Assembly (NCBI GenBank): GCA_965219415.1
Contig: OZ244742.1
Location: forward strand, 1,920,001-1,984,000
DNA length: 64,000 bases
DNA from: Candidatus Marinacidobacterales bacterium
GTDB lineage: Bacteria; Acidobacteriota; Vicinamibacteria; Marinacidobacterales; DATDRI01
Reading direction: 5' to 3'
This document shows positions 51,317-61,342 of the stretch, one piece after another (the first letter of the stretch is position 1; the number at the start of each line of letters is the position of its first letter). Below the pieces are notes generated by a model, which saw nothing but the letters and a program-made list of their open reading frames with translations, was not told the origin of the DNA and did not search any database. The position numbers were made by a program, and so were the translations under genes.

Positions 51317-51368
51317 CATGCACCGGCGAGAATGGAAGCCAGAAGCGGCGTCCACTCGGGACAAATCC

Positions 51369-51803
51369 TCAGGAGAAAGGGTTCTCGACTCGAATGAAGT
51401 CGAACTTCTTGAAATCGGGATCGTTCGTATAGATCGTGCCGACTCCGTGCTGTCGGAGGAGGCCCGCGAGGTGCGCGTCGGGAACCAAGTTACCTCGTAC
51501 CGGAAAGTGACTAGTGATCTCCCGATAGATTTCCAGGAAACCGTCTTCTTCCGAAATAAAGCGGACCTGCGGCAGGCTGGCCAGCATCTGCACGTTCTCC
51601 ATGGCTTCCTTGGGAGACAGGGGATTCGTGAAGATCCTCGGATGAGTTGCGATACGGAGATAGGACATCAAAGTCATGAAGGCGAGGCATAAGATATCTC
51701 CATCGGAGAAGCACTCCCTCAGAAAGTCCGACGCCGTTTCGTGAAACGGGCTCGACCGGTCGGAGGCGTAGAGAAGGACGTTTACATCGACCGAGTAGCT
51801 CAA
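51369..51803 (-). CDS. vapC: VapC/PIN ribonuclease toxin
   Basis: VDVNVLLYA, LRIATHPRIF, PDAHLA, TNDPDF. Confidence 0.93.
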   Translation of the reverse strand: MSYSVDVNVLLYASDRSSPFHETASDFLRECFSDGDILCLAFMTLMSYLRIATHPRIFTNPLSPKEAMENVQMLASLPQVRFISEEDGFLEIYREITSHFPVRGNLVPDAHLAGLLRQHGVGTIYTNDPDFKKFDFIRVENPFS

Positions 51804-52066
51804 GACTCGCCCGAACGTGATGGCGTTTCCCCGCCGCCGTCAAGCACTGCGTAAAGCGCGTCCTTGTCAGCAATGTCGATGAGCGGTTTCATCGCCCCAG
51901 AGTTCCACTTGAAGGAGGGTAGCTTCCGTTTGCCCTGGCGCCTCCGGCTCAGGGATTCACTCAGGAGCTCGGTCACGAGCCTTCCGAGGGATTTGCCCTC
52001 TTTCTTCTGGAGGAGCTTCAGTTCCTTCAGAATCGGCTTCTCGATATCGACGGTCGTACGCGGCAT
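51800..52066 (-). CDS. vapB: VapB-type RHH antitoxin
   Basis: MPRTTVDI...SLGRLVTELL; 4-nt overlap with the toxin. Confidence 0.88.
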   Translation of the reverse strand: MPRTTVDIEKPILKELKLLQKKEGKSLGRLVTELLSESLSRRRQGKRKLPSFKWNSGAMKPLIDIADKDALYAVLDGGGETPSRSGES

Positions 52067-52070
52067 GATC

Positions 52071-52104
52071 ATCTGATGATACTTATCTATGCATCAGATG
52101 TCAA
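52071..52104 (-). promoter_or_regulatory. Sigma70 promoter with palindromic operator
   Basis: TTGACA-N17-TATCAT overlapped by ATCTGATG-N13-CATCAGAT. Confidence 0.8.
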
Positions 52105-52220
52105 ACTTCCGTCCGGCGCTGGCGGAGAACGACCTGGCATGCTGGCTGGCTGCGGATCCAACGGTACGGTAGCGAGACTTCGTGGCAGTCTGAGTACATT
52201 GCTCTTGTCCTGTGATAGAT

Positions 52221-52250
52221 TTGACACGATGATATTGATCTTGCTAGGAT
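52221..52250 (+). promoter_or_regulatory. Sigma70 promoter of the second TA pair
   Basis: TTGACA-N18-TAGGAT with extended TG, 6 nt before the ATG. Confidence 0.7.
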
Positions 52251-52256
52251 GAGGTT

Positions 52257-52553
52257 ATGAAGTCACGAGTGGCTGAGCCTGAGCTCGTCGATGTAGCGGA
52301 AGCGGGTCGTACTCTAGGGGTTTCGGTGGCGACAGTTTGGAGAATGATTCGAAGCGGCAGACTTACTAGCGTCCGGAAACAAGGCCGTCGGCTCATTCCC
52401 CGGGTGGCTCTACAGGCCCGGGTCCTTGAGCGACAAGCGGAGCAAGTTCCACCTTTTCGGAGAGACCATCCGATATTCCGTCTCGCCGGAGCCGGTCGAA
52501 GTGGCGGCGAGGCACCAGGAGCTAGGGATAAACACGCGATACTCGACCGATGA
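52257..52553 (+). CDS. Excisionase-like HTH antitoxin
   Basis: VAEAGRTLGVSVATVWRMIRSGRL; ATGA overlap with the PIN gene. Confidence 0.8.
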   Translation: MKSRVAEPELVDVAEAGRTLGVSVATVWRMIRSGRLTSVRKQGRRLIPRVALQARVLERQAEQVPPFRRDHPIFRLAGAGRSGGEAPGARDKHAILDR

Positions 52554-52960
52554 GACGGGCGGTACTTTGGGACTCGAGTGCGATCCTCGCCTTGCTCGAT
52601 GCGGATGACGCAGACCATAAGCGCTCGGTTTCGGTAGCTGAGCGGATAGCGGAAGAAGAACAGCCCAGTTTCATTACCAACTACGTTGAAGTGGAGACGC
52701 ACGCACTTCTATTGCGCAAGCTCGGTCGGGCCTTGGCGCGAGAGTGGCTCTTGAGCGGCGGCCTGCCGGTCGTCCGGGTTCTTCCCAAAGAGGAAGAGCT
52801 CGCCAAAGAGCTACTAGCGCGATACCAGGACAAAGACTGGAGTCTATGCGATGCGATGTCGTTCGCCGTTCTGGAAAGGCGCGGAGTCGGTTTCGCCTTC
52901 AGTTTCGATAGTCACTTTCGCCAATATGGCCGTTTCGAGCTATTTGGCCTTACCAGGTAG
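52550..52960 (+). CDS. PIN-domain (VapC-family) toxin
   Basis: WDSSAILA, VET, SLCDAMSF, FSFDSHF. Confidence 0.9.
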   Translation: MRRAVLWDSSAILALLDADDADHKRSVSVAERIAEEEQPSFITNYVEVETHALLLRKLGRALAREWLLSGGLPVVRVLPKEEELAKELLARYQDKDWSLCDAMSFAVLERRGVGFAFSFDSHFRQYGRFELFGLTR

Positions 52961-53131
52961 TCGGGCTGTGCGACGAACGGTTGTGAAGGATGGGGAGTTT
53001 CAAGTGCGTCAATCAATCGGCTCGTGAGCGTGTTGTACTCCCGATGTGTCTTCTTGGCCCCTAGGTCGTCGAGCCGCGTCCGGCCCCTTTGGGCCGCACG
53101 GCGTGAGACGACGCTGCGCCCACCCCGTTAA

Positions 53132-53219
53132 GCTGTTCTTGGCCAGCTTTACCTTGCTGTCTGGTGGCCCGGCTGGTCGGATTGCACATCTCGCCCGATC
53201 GTTGCAGGACGAGCCCTGA
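53132..53219 (+). repeat. Diverged duplicate of the K+-channel gene 3' end (51230-51316)
   Basis: GGCCAGCTYTACCTYGC...CCGGCTGGTCGGAYTGCACATC in both copies. Confidence 0.75.
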
Positions 53220-53220
53220 C

Positions 53221-54975
53221 CTACAGAGGCCAGACCGTGACCAGCAGGGGGAGTGAGATCACAACGATGAGAATTTCGAGAGGCAAGCCCATTCGCCAGT
53301 AATCACCAAAGTGATAGCCGCCGGGCCCCATGACCAAAACGTTATTCTGATGCCCGATGGGCGTGAGGAAAGCACACGAGGCCCCGATGGCGGTAGCCAT
53401 CAGAAATGGGTCGGAGTTGACGTCGAGCGCCGTGGCGAGGCTCGCTGCGATGGGGGCCATGATGACGGCCGTCGCCGCGTTGTTCATGAGATCGGAAAGG
53501 GTCATCGTGATAATCATGATCGCCGCAAGAACGGCGATTGGATGAACGGCCGTGCCGAGCCGAGCAATGACGCCCGCAATCCACTCCGTGCCTCCGGTCG
53601 CTTGGAGAGCCTGCCCGACGGGAATCATGGAGGCCAAGAGAATAATGACCGGCCAATCGATCGTCTCGTAGACCTGGCGCGGCGTGAGGACGTTGAAGAC
53701 GACAAGCGCAGCGACGGCAGCTCCGAACGCGATCTCCACCGGCAGAACGCCTGCAGCAGTCACACCGATGGCCCCGAGGAATATGGCGACGGGCAAGAGG
53801 GTCTCCCGACGCTTTCCGAGCTGGAGCCCGCGCTCCGCCAGCGGGAGAACGTCGAGCGACACCACAGTGTCTGCGAGGGTCTCAGACTCCCCTTGAAGAA
53901 GCAGTACGTCTCCGGCGCGCAACTTGACCTTGCGGAGCCTGGTTTTAATGGGTCTCCCCTCTCGGGATATGGCAAGTAGGTTTGCGTTATAGCGGGATCG
54001 TAGTCTCAGGCTTCCGCACGTTCGACCTTCGATTCTGGCTCCGCCAGGGATGACGGCTTCTATCAAGGCCATCTCGTCGGGGCGCGGGGCCTCTTCGCCG
54101 TCGGCCTTCTTTCCCGCCAACTCGAGCCCAGCGGCTTTCATCAACTTGTTTAGATCTCCCGGATCCGCCTCCATCAATAGGATGTCGCCCTCTTCCAGCA
54201 TCTCGTGCCTCGGTGTTCCGGGCAGGCGCTTTCGGCGGCGGATCAGGGAAACGGCCGTAACCTCCCCCTCTGACATTTTCTCTAGCTCCTCCACCTCCTT
54301 CCCCACCGACTTCGACCCCTTCGGCACTTTCACCTCAACGACATAGTTTGCAATCTCGAACAGATCCTGTGGCGGCTTCTGGCCACGGCGCTCTTTCGGG
54401 ATGAACCTCCATCCAAGAAACGTGATGTAGAGAACGCCGACGATCGCCAGCGGCACGCCGACCGGAGAAAAGTCGAAGAGCCCGAACGCGGAGCCCGTGG
54501 CGTCCGCCCGGTAGGAACCGATGATGATGTTGGGAGGCGTCCCGATGAGCGAGGTGAGACCACCGAGAATCGAACCGAAGGAAAGCGGCATCAAGATCTG
54601 TGCCGGGGGCAAACCCGATTGCAGCGCCAACGGCATTAGAAGCGCGAGCGCGGCGACATTATTCATGAAGGCGGAGAGAAAGGCGGCCAAGACGGTGAGC
54701 GCTCCGATCATCAGAAGCGGACGCTGCTTGAACACGGTGAGACCTCGAGCCAGTCGATCGATGAGGCCCGAGCTCTGCAAACCGCGGCTAAGCACCAACG
54801 CCGCGGCGACTGTGATGACGGCCGGGTGGCCCAAGCCGGAGTATGCATCTTCAAACGGCACAACGCCGACCAATACCCCGGCCGTAAGGCAAACGAAGGC
54901 GACCACGTCATAGCGCCATCGTCCCCAGATGAAGAGAACGAGTGCAGCAGCGAGAATGGTGAAGGTGATTAGCAT
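53221..54975 (-). CDS. SLC13/DASS permease with TrkA-C domains
   Basis: SAFMNN, LIGTPPN, FLTPIGHQNN..V.GPGGY. Confidence 0.92.
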   Translation of the reverse strand: MLITFTILAAALVLFIWGRWRYDVVAFVCLTAGVLVGVVPFEDAYSGLGHPAVITVAAALVLSRGLQSSGLIDRLARGLTVFKQRPLLMIGALTVLAAFLSAFMNNVAALALLMPLALQSGLPPAQILMPLSFGSILGGLTSLIGTPPNIIIGSYRADATGSAFGLFDFSPVGVPLAIVGVLYITFLGWRFIPKERRGQKPPQDLFEIANYVVEVKVPKGSKSVGKEVEELEKMSEGEVTAVSLIRRRKRLPGTPRHEMLEEGDILLMEADPGDLNKLMKAAGLELAGKKADGEEAPRPDEMALIEAVIPGGARIEGRTCGSLRLRSRYNANLLAISREGRPIKTRLRKVKLRAGDVLLLQGESETLADTVVSLDVLPLAERGLQLGKRRETLLPVAIFLGAIGVTAAGVLPVEIAFGAAVAALVVFNVLTPRQVYETIDWPVIILLASMIPVGQALQATGGTEWIAGVIARLGTAVHPIAVLAAIMIITMTLSDLMNNAATAVIMAPIAASLATALDVNSDPFLMATAIGASCAFLTPIGHQNNVLVMGPGGYHFGDYWRMGLPLEILIVVISLPLLVTVWPL

Positions 54976-54988
54976 AGATCGGTGGTTG

Positions 54989-56992
54989 TCACCAGATGTA
55001 GTTTTTGGCGATTTCTCGCTTGTCACGCCCGGCCAAGAGATGCACGACGCGGATCCTTTTCACAGTGACCGGCGACATCGCGCCGAGAGGGATGTGGATG
55101 ATCCGCTTCTTCTGTGAAGCGGCGTAACGGTGCATCACGGGTGATGGCGCATCTTTGGCCAGATGGACGACAAATTTTTCTTCACTATAATCCACCGCCG
55201 ACATCAGCAGCACTTCCGCCTTCTCCTTGGCAAGACGATACTCCCGATCCTGCCAGACATCGAAGACTCGGCGTGGTGGGTACGTCATCATGAATCCACC
55301 GTATGTCGCGCGCATGATGCCGGGCCCTACAACCTGCCCCCCTGGATCGGTGGAGTAAAACGCCATGTCCGACTCTTGCTCGTCTTCACCGAGCCACGTC
55401 ATACAGTAAGGAAACCGATCGCCCTCGCGGTCTCGGTCGAAGATCACCACCACCGATCCTGCATCCCCCAACGAGCGGCCCAGCTCCTGAACGTAGACGC
55501 GACCTTCGTGCAGGTTGCGAAGTGTTTCCCGCATATCGATGCCGTCGAGCATGGTGCTGGTAAAGGGCTCGGTACGTTTGCGCTCCGCGGAGAGAATGGC
55601 GACCGCCTTGCTCTGAAGGTATCGAGCGTAATCTTCAATCACGATGTCCTCGGGGCGATGAGAGCAAAGGCCCGTCGGGTCGAAGGCATCGAGCCACTTT
55701 TGCGGATCATCCGTCGTCGGTCTTTCCCGCACCGGGACACGGGTCGGACGTTGCTTGACGCGAAAGAAACGCTTGCGAAACGTGATCTTCCGCGTGCCGA
55801 GGTCGAGCTCATCCCCATCGATGCGCACCGTGGCCAGCTCCGCGGTCTCCTTTTGCCAGGGGTAGGTGCGCGCCACATCGAAAACCTCCCAAGCCAAGTT
55901 GTCGTCTCCAACCCCCCGCGCGGCGACCGCCCATTCGTAGAGCCCAGGGACCAAGACACCTTGAAGCCGAGCATAACGACTTCCAAAGTCCAAGAACGTT
56001 TTTCGCTGCCAAGGTTGAACGTTCTCGCGGGTCTGCCCCTCGTACGATGAAGCCCCGATGCGCCAAACGACACTTTGCAGTGCCCGACGATCCGCGAACC
56101 TCTTTTTCGTGAATGCGGTCCGATGTCCGTGGTGCGCGGCGTACCGGGCGACATTCATCGGCCGCTCCTTCGCTTGCTCGTCCTTCTCTCCGGTAATGAC
56201 TCTAAGTCCGTATTGGACCCACGAGACCTGGCGCGAGCGTGTCGACTGCAGGTCGACCTCTTTGGGCGCTTCTCCATCCCGTAAGAGCTCGAAGACAGAA
56301 TGAGCCAGCGGCGGATCGGGTAGGATCGCCGTGAGACTGTCCGGATGGAGGTGACGAATCTCGGCGTGGCTGCGTTTGGCGCGCACGAAAGGCTCGGCAG
56401 TCGGCTTCTCGAGAAGACGACCCACCGCGCGCACGTGCGCCGCACCGAGCAACGAAAGCAGTGATCCGGGGGGGCAAATCCCTCTCGCTTGCTTGATGCG
56501 GTGGGCGATGCCTGCCTCGCGCTGCCTATCCGCTTCGCTCGATGGCGCGTCCCTACTCTGCTCGACCAGCAGCTCGAAGTACTTTTGCGGTCCAAGGTTC
56601 CAGATCGCGTAGGGGTCGGGTACCGGATCCCTTCGACGCTCCTCGTACGGAATATCCGGATCTACGAAGAAGACTGATTTTTCGCGCTCGTTCGCCCATC
56701 GGAGCGCTTCGGCAAACGGATCGCCGGGAATAGAGACCCAAACGAGCGCGTCTTCTCCGCTTCGCTCGGAGAGGACGAGCGAGATTTTGGGCAGACGCCT
56801 GATCGCCTTGAGAACGATCTCGGTCAAGCTGGTTGGGAGCTCGACGGCGATGCCGGCGGGGTTCAGCTCGTCCAACACCGCCCGTACAACCGAGGCAACG
56901 TCGAGACGGTCGTGCACTACTGGAAGTACGTGAACGCCGGGAACAACCTCCGGAGCTAAAGACTTCAGGCTGGTCTTTTTCTTCCGGCCCAT
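54989..56992 (-). CDS. Hypothetical protein, putative partner of the MoxR ATPase (TraB-like N-terminus, possible degenerate VWA C-terminus)
   Basis: PVVH...IAVELP, RE..IA, LGAAH; GIDMRETLRN...VVVIFD; 10 bp downstream of the ATPase. Confidence 0.7.
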   Translation of the reverse strand: MGRKKKTSLKSLAPEVVPGVHVLPVVHDRLDVASVVRAVLDELNPAGIAVELPTSLTEIVLKAIRRLPKISLVLSERSGEDALVWVSIPGDPFAEALRWANEREKSVFFVDPDIPYEERRRDPVPDPYAIWNLGPQKYFELLVEQSRDAPSSEADRQREAGIAHRIKQARGICPPGSLLSLLGAAHVRAVGRLLEKPTAEPFVRAKRSHAEIRHLHPDSLTAILPDPPLAHSVFELLRDGEAPKEVDLQSTRSRQVSWVQYGLRVITGEKDEQAKERPMNVARYAAHHGHRTAFTKKRFADRRALQSVVWRIGASSYEGQTRENVQPWQRKTFLDFGSRYARLQGVLVPGLYEWAVAARGVGDDNLAWEVFDVARTYPWQKETAELATVRIDGDELDLGTRKITFRKRFFRVKQRPTRVPVRERPTTDDPQKWLDAFDPTGLCSHRPEDIVIEDYARYLQSKAVAILSAERKRTEPFTSTMLDGIDMRETLRNLHEGRVYVQELGRSLGDAGSVVVIFDRDREGDRFPYCMTWLGEDEQESDMAFYSTDPGGQVVGPGIMRATYGGFMMTYPPRRVFDVWQDREYRLAKEKAEVLLMSAVDYSEEKFVVHLAKDAPSPVMHRYAASQKKRIIHIPLGAMSPVTVKRIRVVHLLAGRDKREIAKNYIW

Positions 56993-57002
56993 GTCGACAG
57001 CG

Positions 57003-57839
57003 TCAAAATATGTCGAACTGCTTGGCCTCCTCGGCTCCAATTGCCAGCTCGAGGGCTTTGCCTACGGCGGACTTGGCGTCCAGCGCGCGTTTTGTGTGCA
57101 ACATCTTCATCGCGTAGCGCACGACGTTCATCCCGTCCCTGACGGTGTAGCGCAGATCGGCTTGGTGGGCGGCCTGCAGGTAGGTAAGGACGTAGTTCAA
57201 CACATCGTCGTCGGCGAAAGGAATCTGTTCCTTCAGAATCGCGCGCTCTTCGTCTTCTTCGGGGAAGTCCACATAGATTTGCGGCATCAGGCGCGAATGG
57301 ATGTACTCTGGAACCTCGTAGGTCGAAGCGTCTTCGTTCATGGTAGTGACGAAGCGAAACTCGTCATGAGCCGAGACTTTGACGCCGGCGACAAGACTCT
57401 CCGCGTAACGACGATGATCGAGAAGTGGAGCCAGAGAGGCCCAAGACTTCTCGCTCATGCGATTAGCTTCGTCGAGAACGCAAGCTCCGCCGCGAACCAT
57501 GGCGCTTACCAGGGGGGATGCCATGTAGCGCACACCGCCGGTGGGATCGAGAACTGGTGAAACCAAAAGATCCTCGGGGCGCGTATCCATCGTCGCCTGC
57601 ATGATATAGACGCCGAGGCCTAGCTCCCGCGCGGCGGCGCACCCCAGGGTCGTCTTGCCGACGCCGGGTTTTCCGAGAAGACGCGGATGAAGAGGTAGGT
57701 CCTTCTCATCCACGCGCGTCCAGGCCGCCAGAAGCTGCAACAAGACCTCGCGCTGCCCCACCCACGTCGTAACCTTCTTTTCCGGCGAAGTGAGGTGGAG
57801 AGTGACTCCTTCGATGTCGATGGTTTTCTTTCGCGCCAT
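57003..57839 (-). CDS. MoxR-class AAA+ ATPase
   Basis: GKPGVGKT, VLDEANR, TMN sensor, SRL Arg finger. Confidence 0.9.
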   Translation of the reverse strand: MARKKTIDIEGVTLHLTSPEKKVTTWVGQREVLLQLLAAWTRVDEKDLPLHPRLLGKPGVGKTTLGCAAARELGLGVYIMQATMDTRPEDLLVSPVLDPTGGVRYMASPLVSAMVRGGACVLDEANRMSEKSWASLAPLLDHRRYAESLVAGVKVSAHDEFRFVTTMNEDASTYEVPEYIHSRLMPQIYVDFPEEDEERAILKEQIPFADDDVLNYVLTYLQAAHQADLRYTVRDGMNVVRYAMKMLHTKRALDAKSAVGKALELAIGAEEAKQFDIF

Positions 57840-57859
57840 CGGTGGTCTGCCGTAGGTTA

Positions 57860-58720
57860 TTAGTGGGGAACTTGGCCTGCGGCGTGATAGGAGCTTCGAA
57901 CCAAAGGCCCGGATTCGACGTGGCGAAAGCCAGTCGCCTCCCCCACGCGCTTCAGCTCGCGAAACTCGTCGGGATGATAAAAACGTTCGACCGCCAAGTG
58001 CTTCTTGGTCGGCTGGAGATACTGGCCGATCGTGAACACCTCGACTCGTGCCGGTACCAGTTCCTTCATGACATCCACGATCTCGTCGAAGTCCTCTCCG
58101 AGTCCGACCATGATTCCCGTCTTGCTCACGACTCCTGGAGACAGCGTCTTGGTGCGCTGGAGCAGTTCTATCGACTGCGAGTAGTTCGCGCCCGGTCGGA
58201 CTCGCTTATAGAGACGGGGCACCGTCTCGATGTTGTGGTTGAGGATTTGGGGTCGAGCCGCCAGGACTGCTTCTAGAGCCGCCTTCGAACCTTTGAAGTC
58301 GGGTATCAAGACCTCGATGGTAGTATCGGGATTGTCCCGTCTCACTGCTTCGATGGTACGGGCAAAGAGGGTCGCGCCCCCGTCGGGTAGCTCATCGCGA
58401 TTGACCGAGGTGATCACCACGTGTCGCAAACCCATCGCCTTCACCGCCGCGGCAACGCGTGACGGCTCGGCCAAATCAAGCGTGGTCGGCAGCCCAGTTG
58501 TCACGGCGCAGAAGCCGCAAGCCCGAGTGCAGATGTCGCCCAAGATCATGAAAGTCGCGGTTCCCTGCCCCCAGCATTCGGCCACATTGGGACATCGAGC
58601 CTCTTCACAAACGGTGTGGAGATTGTGCTCCCGCATCACCGACTTGAGGCGGGTGTAGTTCTCGCCACCGGGAAGGCGGACGCGAAGCCAATCCGGCCGC
58701 GGTGATCTTGTAGCTACCAT
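57860..58720 (-). CDS. lipA: Lipoyl synthase
   Basis: CEEARCPNVAEC, CTRACGFC, VRSSY. Confidence 0.97.
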   Translation of the reverse strand: MVATRSPRPDWLRVRLPGGENYTRLKSVMREHNLHTVCEEARCPNVAECWGQGTATFMILGDICTRACGFCAVTTGLPTTLDLAEPSRVAAAVKAMGLRHVVITSVNRDELPDGGATLFARTIEAVRRDNPDTTIEVLIPDFKGSKAALEAVLAARPQILNHNIETVPRLYKRVRPGANYSQSIELLQRTKTLSPGVVSKTGIMVGLGEDFDEIVDVMKELVPARVEVFTIGQYLQPTKKHLAVERFYHPDEFRELKRVGEATGFRHVESGPLVRSSYHAAGQVPH

Positions 58721-59286
58721 GGCTTCATATTCTACAAACAATTAGACGGGATTGACAGGCTGGCTTTCTCACCCTTGATAGCGAGCGGCCGCTATGGAGC
58801 TCGAGGCAGCGGTGACCTGGGCTCCGGCACCTCCCGACGCCCCCGCCTTTCATCAATCTTCCGCCTCTTATCGATCTTCCGTTGGATGAATTCCGCCCCG
58901 TAGACATGTTCGGCCGCCAATCGGTTGTGGGGCGGGCATAAAAGGCGAAGAAATCGCTCATCGTGGCTGCGAAAGATGGCAAACGGCCGCTCGTGTTCCA
59001 CCTGAAGACCAGTCCGCGACCGACATCGCCTCCCATCAACGCTTTTGTATTCACATTGGTTGTTCCCACGAGCGTGGACCCGCTCGATGGCCTCAGAAGG
59101 AATGTATCGCGACCTGGCCGGCTGGTCTTCCACACCTGGCGCGACATCTCCCGACACCTGACCCGGACGAGCAAGGCCGCCGGCTGAGGCCGGCCCTATC
59201 AGGCGAGAAACTACCTGAGCTGATAAAAGGGTTGTCGGTGAAGGCCCCGGCAGCTAAACCCCGTAGCACCACTGGTGCACTAATGC

Positions 59287-59362
59287 CCCAGGACGAGCTT
59301 GGGTCCGAGCCGGCTCCCTATCATTGGCGAGGCTTTGAACGGAAGCACTCCCCAACGACACC
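59287..59362 (+). ncRNA. Putative truncated bridge RNA (5' hairpin plus target-binding loop)
   Basis: CCCTATCA equals the left target flank; hairpin 59324-59355; CGACACC is complementary to the right flank at 6/7. Confidence 0.5.
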
Positions 59363-60575
59363 GTCTTTGAATCAAATGGGGGATTGGCTCATCGAGCAAG
59401 GAGTCGAATCGGTTGCGATGGAAAGCACCTACGTCTATTGGATTCCGATTTATGAGTTGCTTGAATCGCGGGGTCTTGAAGTGGTGCTGGTAAATGCTCG
59501 ACAGTTAAAAAACGTCCCCGGGCGTAAAACCGATATGCATGACTGTCAGTGGCTGCAGCTGTTACACAGCTGTGGTCTGTTGCGAGGCTCGTTTCGTCCT
59601 GGTGAGTCGATCTGCCGCCTACGCTCGCTTCACCGACAGCGTTGCAGCCTCATCGAGCAGTGTAGTCGAGCTATTCAATGGATACAGAAATCTCTGGACC
59701 AAATGAACGTTCAGGTCCATCGTGCAGTGACCGACATCACCGGCGTCACAGGCATGCTCATCGTGCGCGCCATCGTTGATGGTGAGCGTGACCCGTCAAA
59801 GCTGGCTGCATTTCGTGACCAACGCTTGCAAGAAGAGCGAAGAGGAGATCGCCGAGCATCTTACCGGCACTTGGCGTGACGAGCATCTTTTCAACCTCGC
59901 ATCGGCTCTGCGTCTCTACGATGCGCTACAAGCCGAAGTCGAACTGTTCGACCAGCGTATCCTTGAAGTGCTCATCGAACTCCAGCCGCCACAACGCGGA
60001 CACCACAACGTGCCAGCTCATCCAAATCCGCAAAAACGATACGACATGCAGCATCGGGGCGAGAGCGAACTGCGCAACGAGCTGTGGCGTTTTGCTGGAT
60101 GCGACCTCACCAGGATCGACGGAATCAGTCCAACCACCGCCGCCATTGTCCTCACCGAGATCGGATTCGACCTCTCTGATTTCCCTTTCGAAAAATTCTT
60201 CGTCTCATGGCTACATCTCGCCCCACGTCGCCCTATCTCCGGCGGTAAACAACTCTCCAAACGCCGCAACGGCACCGGCTCCAATCGCATCGCCGGTGCC
60301 TTACGTATGGCCGCTGTATCTCTCTCCCGCTCCAAGACGCCCTAGGCGCTTACTATCGCCGCACTGCTCGCCGTAAAGATGGCAAAACCGCCGTCTTTGC
60401 TACAGCACGCAAGCTCGCCCAGCTCGTCTTCCGCATGCTCAAATATGGCCACGATTACATCGATATCGGCGAACGCGCCTTCGAAGACCGTTTTCGCCAA
60501 AACCACATCAACGGTTTACAAAAGGCAGCCGAAGCTCTCGGATACACCCTCACTCCCCAGGCTTCCGGAGGGTAG
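59355..60575 (+). pseudogene. IS110 transposase, N-terminally truncated, frameshifts near 59827 and 60342
   Basis: AMESTYVYW, PGRKTD.HD, SGG catalytic loop, ATARKLA. Confidence 0.9.
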
Positions 60576-61342
60576 TTTCGGGTCAGGTGTGGTTTTGGTG
60601 GCCTTTTGCCTCGCCCTTCGCCGCTCGAGCTTCCTCTTGGGGTCTTTCTTATCGAGGGCAACGTCCAGAGCCTGCTCCAAGATCTCCGCCATATGCTTTT
60701 GAGCATTCTCGACGCCCATGACTTCAGCCAGTCGCTCGAACTTCTCTTTGAAGCTCCGGTCGGCCGAGAATCTGAAGTTAAACACGGCGGGGCGGGCTGG
60801 CTGGAGGATGTTGGCCGAGCTCGGTGACCGCTGCTGCGTCCTCATCGTCAACTCGCGCGGAGGGGGCGCTGGTCTTTCCGCTGGCGCTGCCTCCACCGGC
60901 AGCGGCCGGGCGGGGCGTCTTCGGATCGACGGCTCGAACACCGGTTTGGGCTCGATATGAACGAGATACTCTAGTACCTCCTTCTTGGTCATCCCGGCGC
61001 AGTCCGCAAGGAGCTTGTCGACATTACCCTCACTCAGATGAGGGGCCAGAAATCCCGCAACCGTGAGACTGATACGGTTCTCGGCCAGCGCGACGAGGAG
61101 CTGAGGGAAGCGAATGGAAACATTGGCCACGTGTATTCGCGATGCGACCGAGCCTTCGCTCAGATGAAGCCGTTCGACGCAGTAGTGAAACGTACTCTTG
61201 TAACCGAGCTCGAGCGCGACCTTTCTCCTGGACATCTCGGCGATATGGGCCATGAGCTGGGCAACGTTTTGTTTCTCGGCGCAGACCAATTTCTCGGCCG
61301 AACGATCCAGCTCGCCGTCAGACAGACGTTCAAGCTTTCCGA

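Larger units (their letters stand above)
59204..60587 (+). mobile_element. IS110-family element, internally deleted
   Basis: Subterminal IR GAAACTACC/GGTAGTTTC; TCAGG at both junctions. Confidence 0.88.

Noticed and set aside
53040-53135. Integron attC site (GTTAAGC plus hairpin)
   Set aside because: No complementary RYYYAAC/GTTRRRY partner at a suitable distance, no integron integrase and no cassette array
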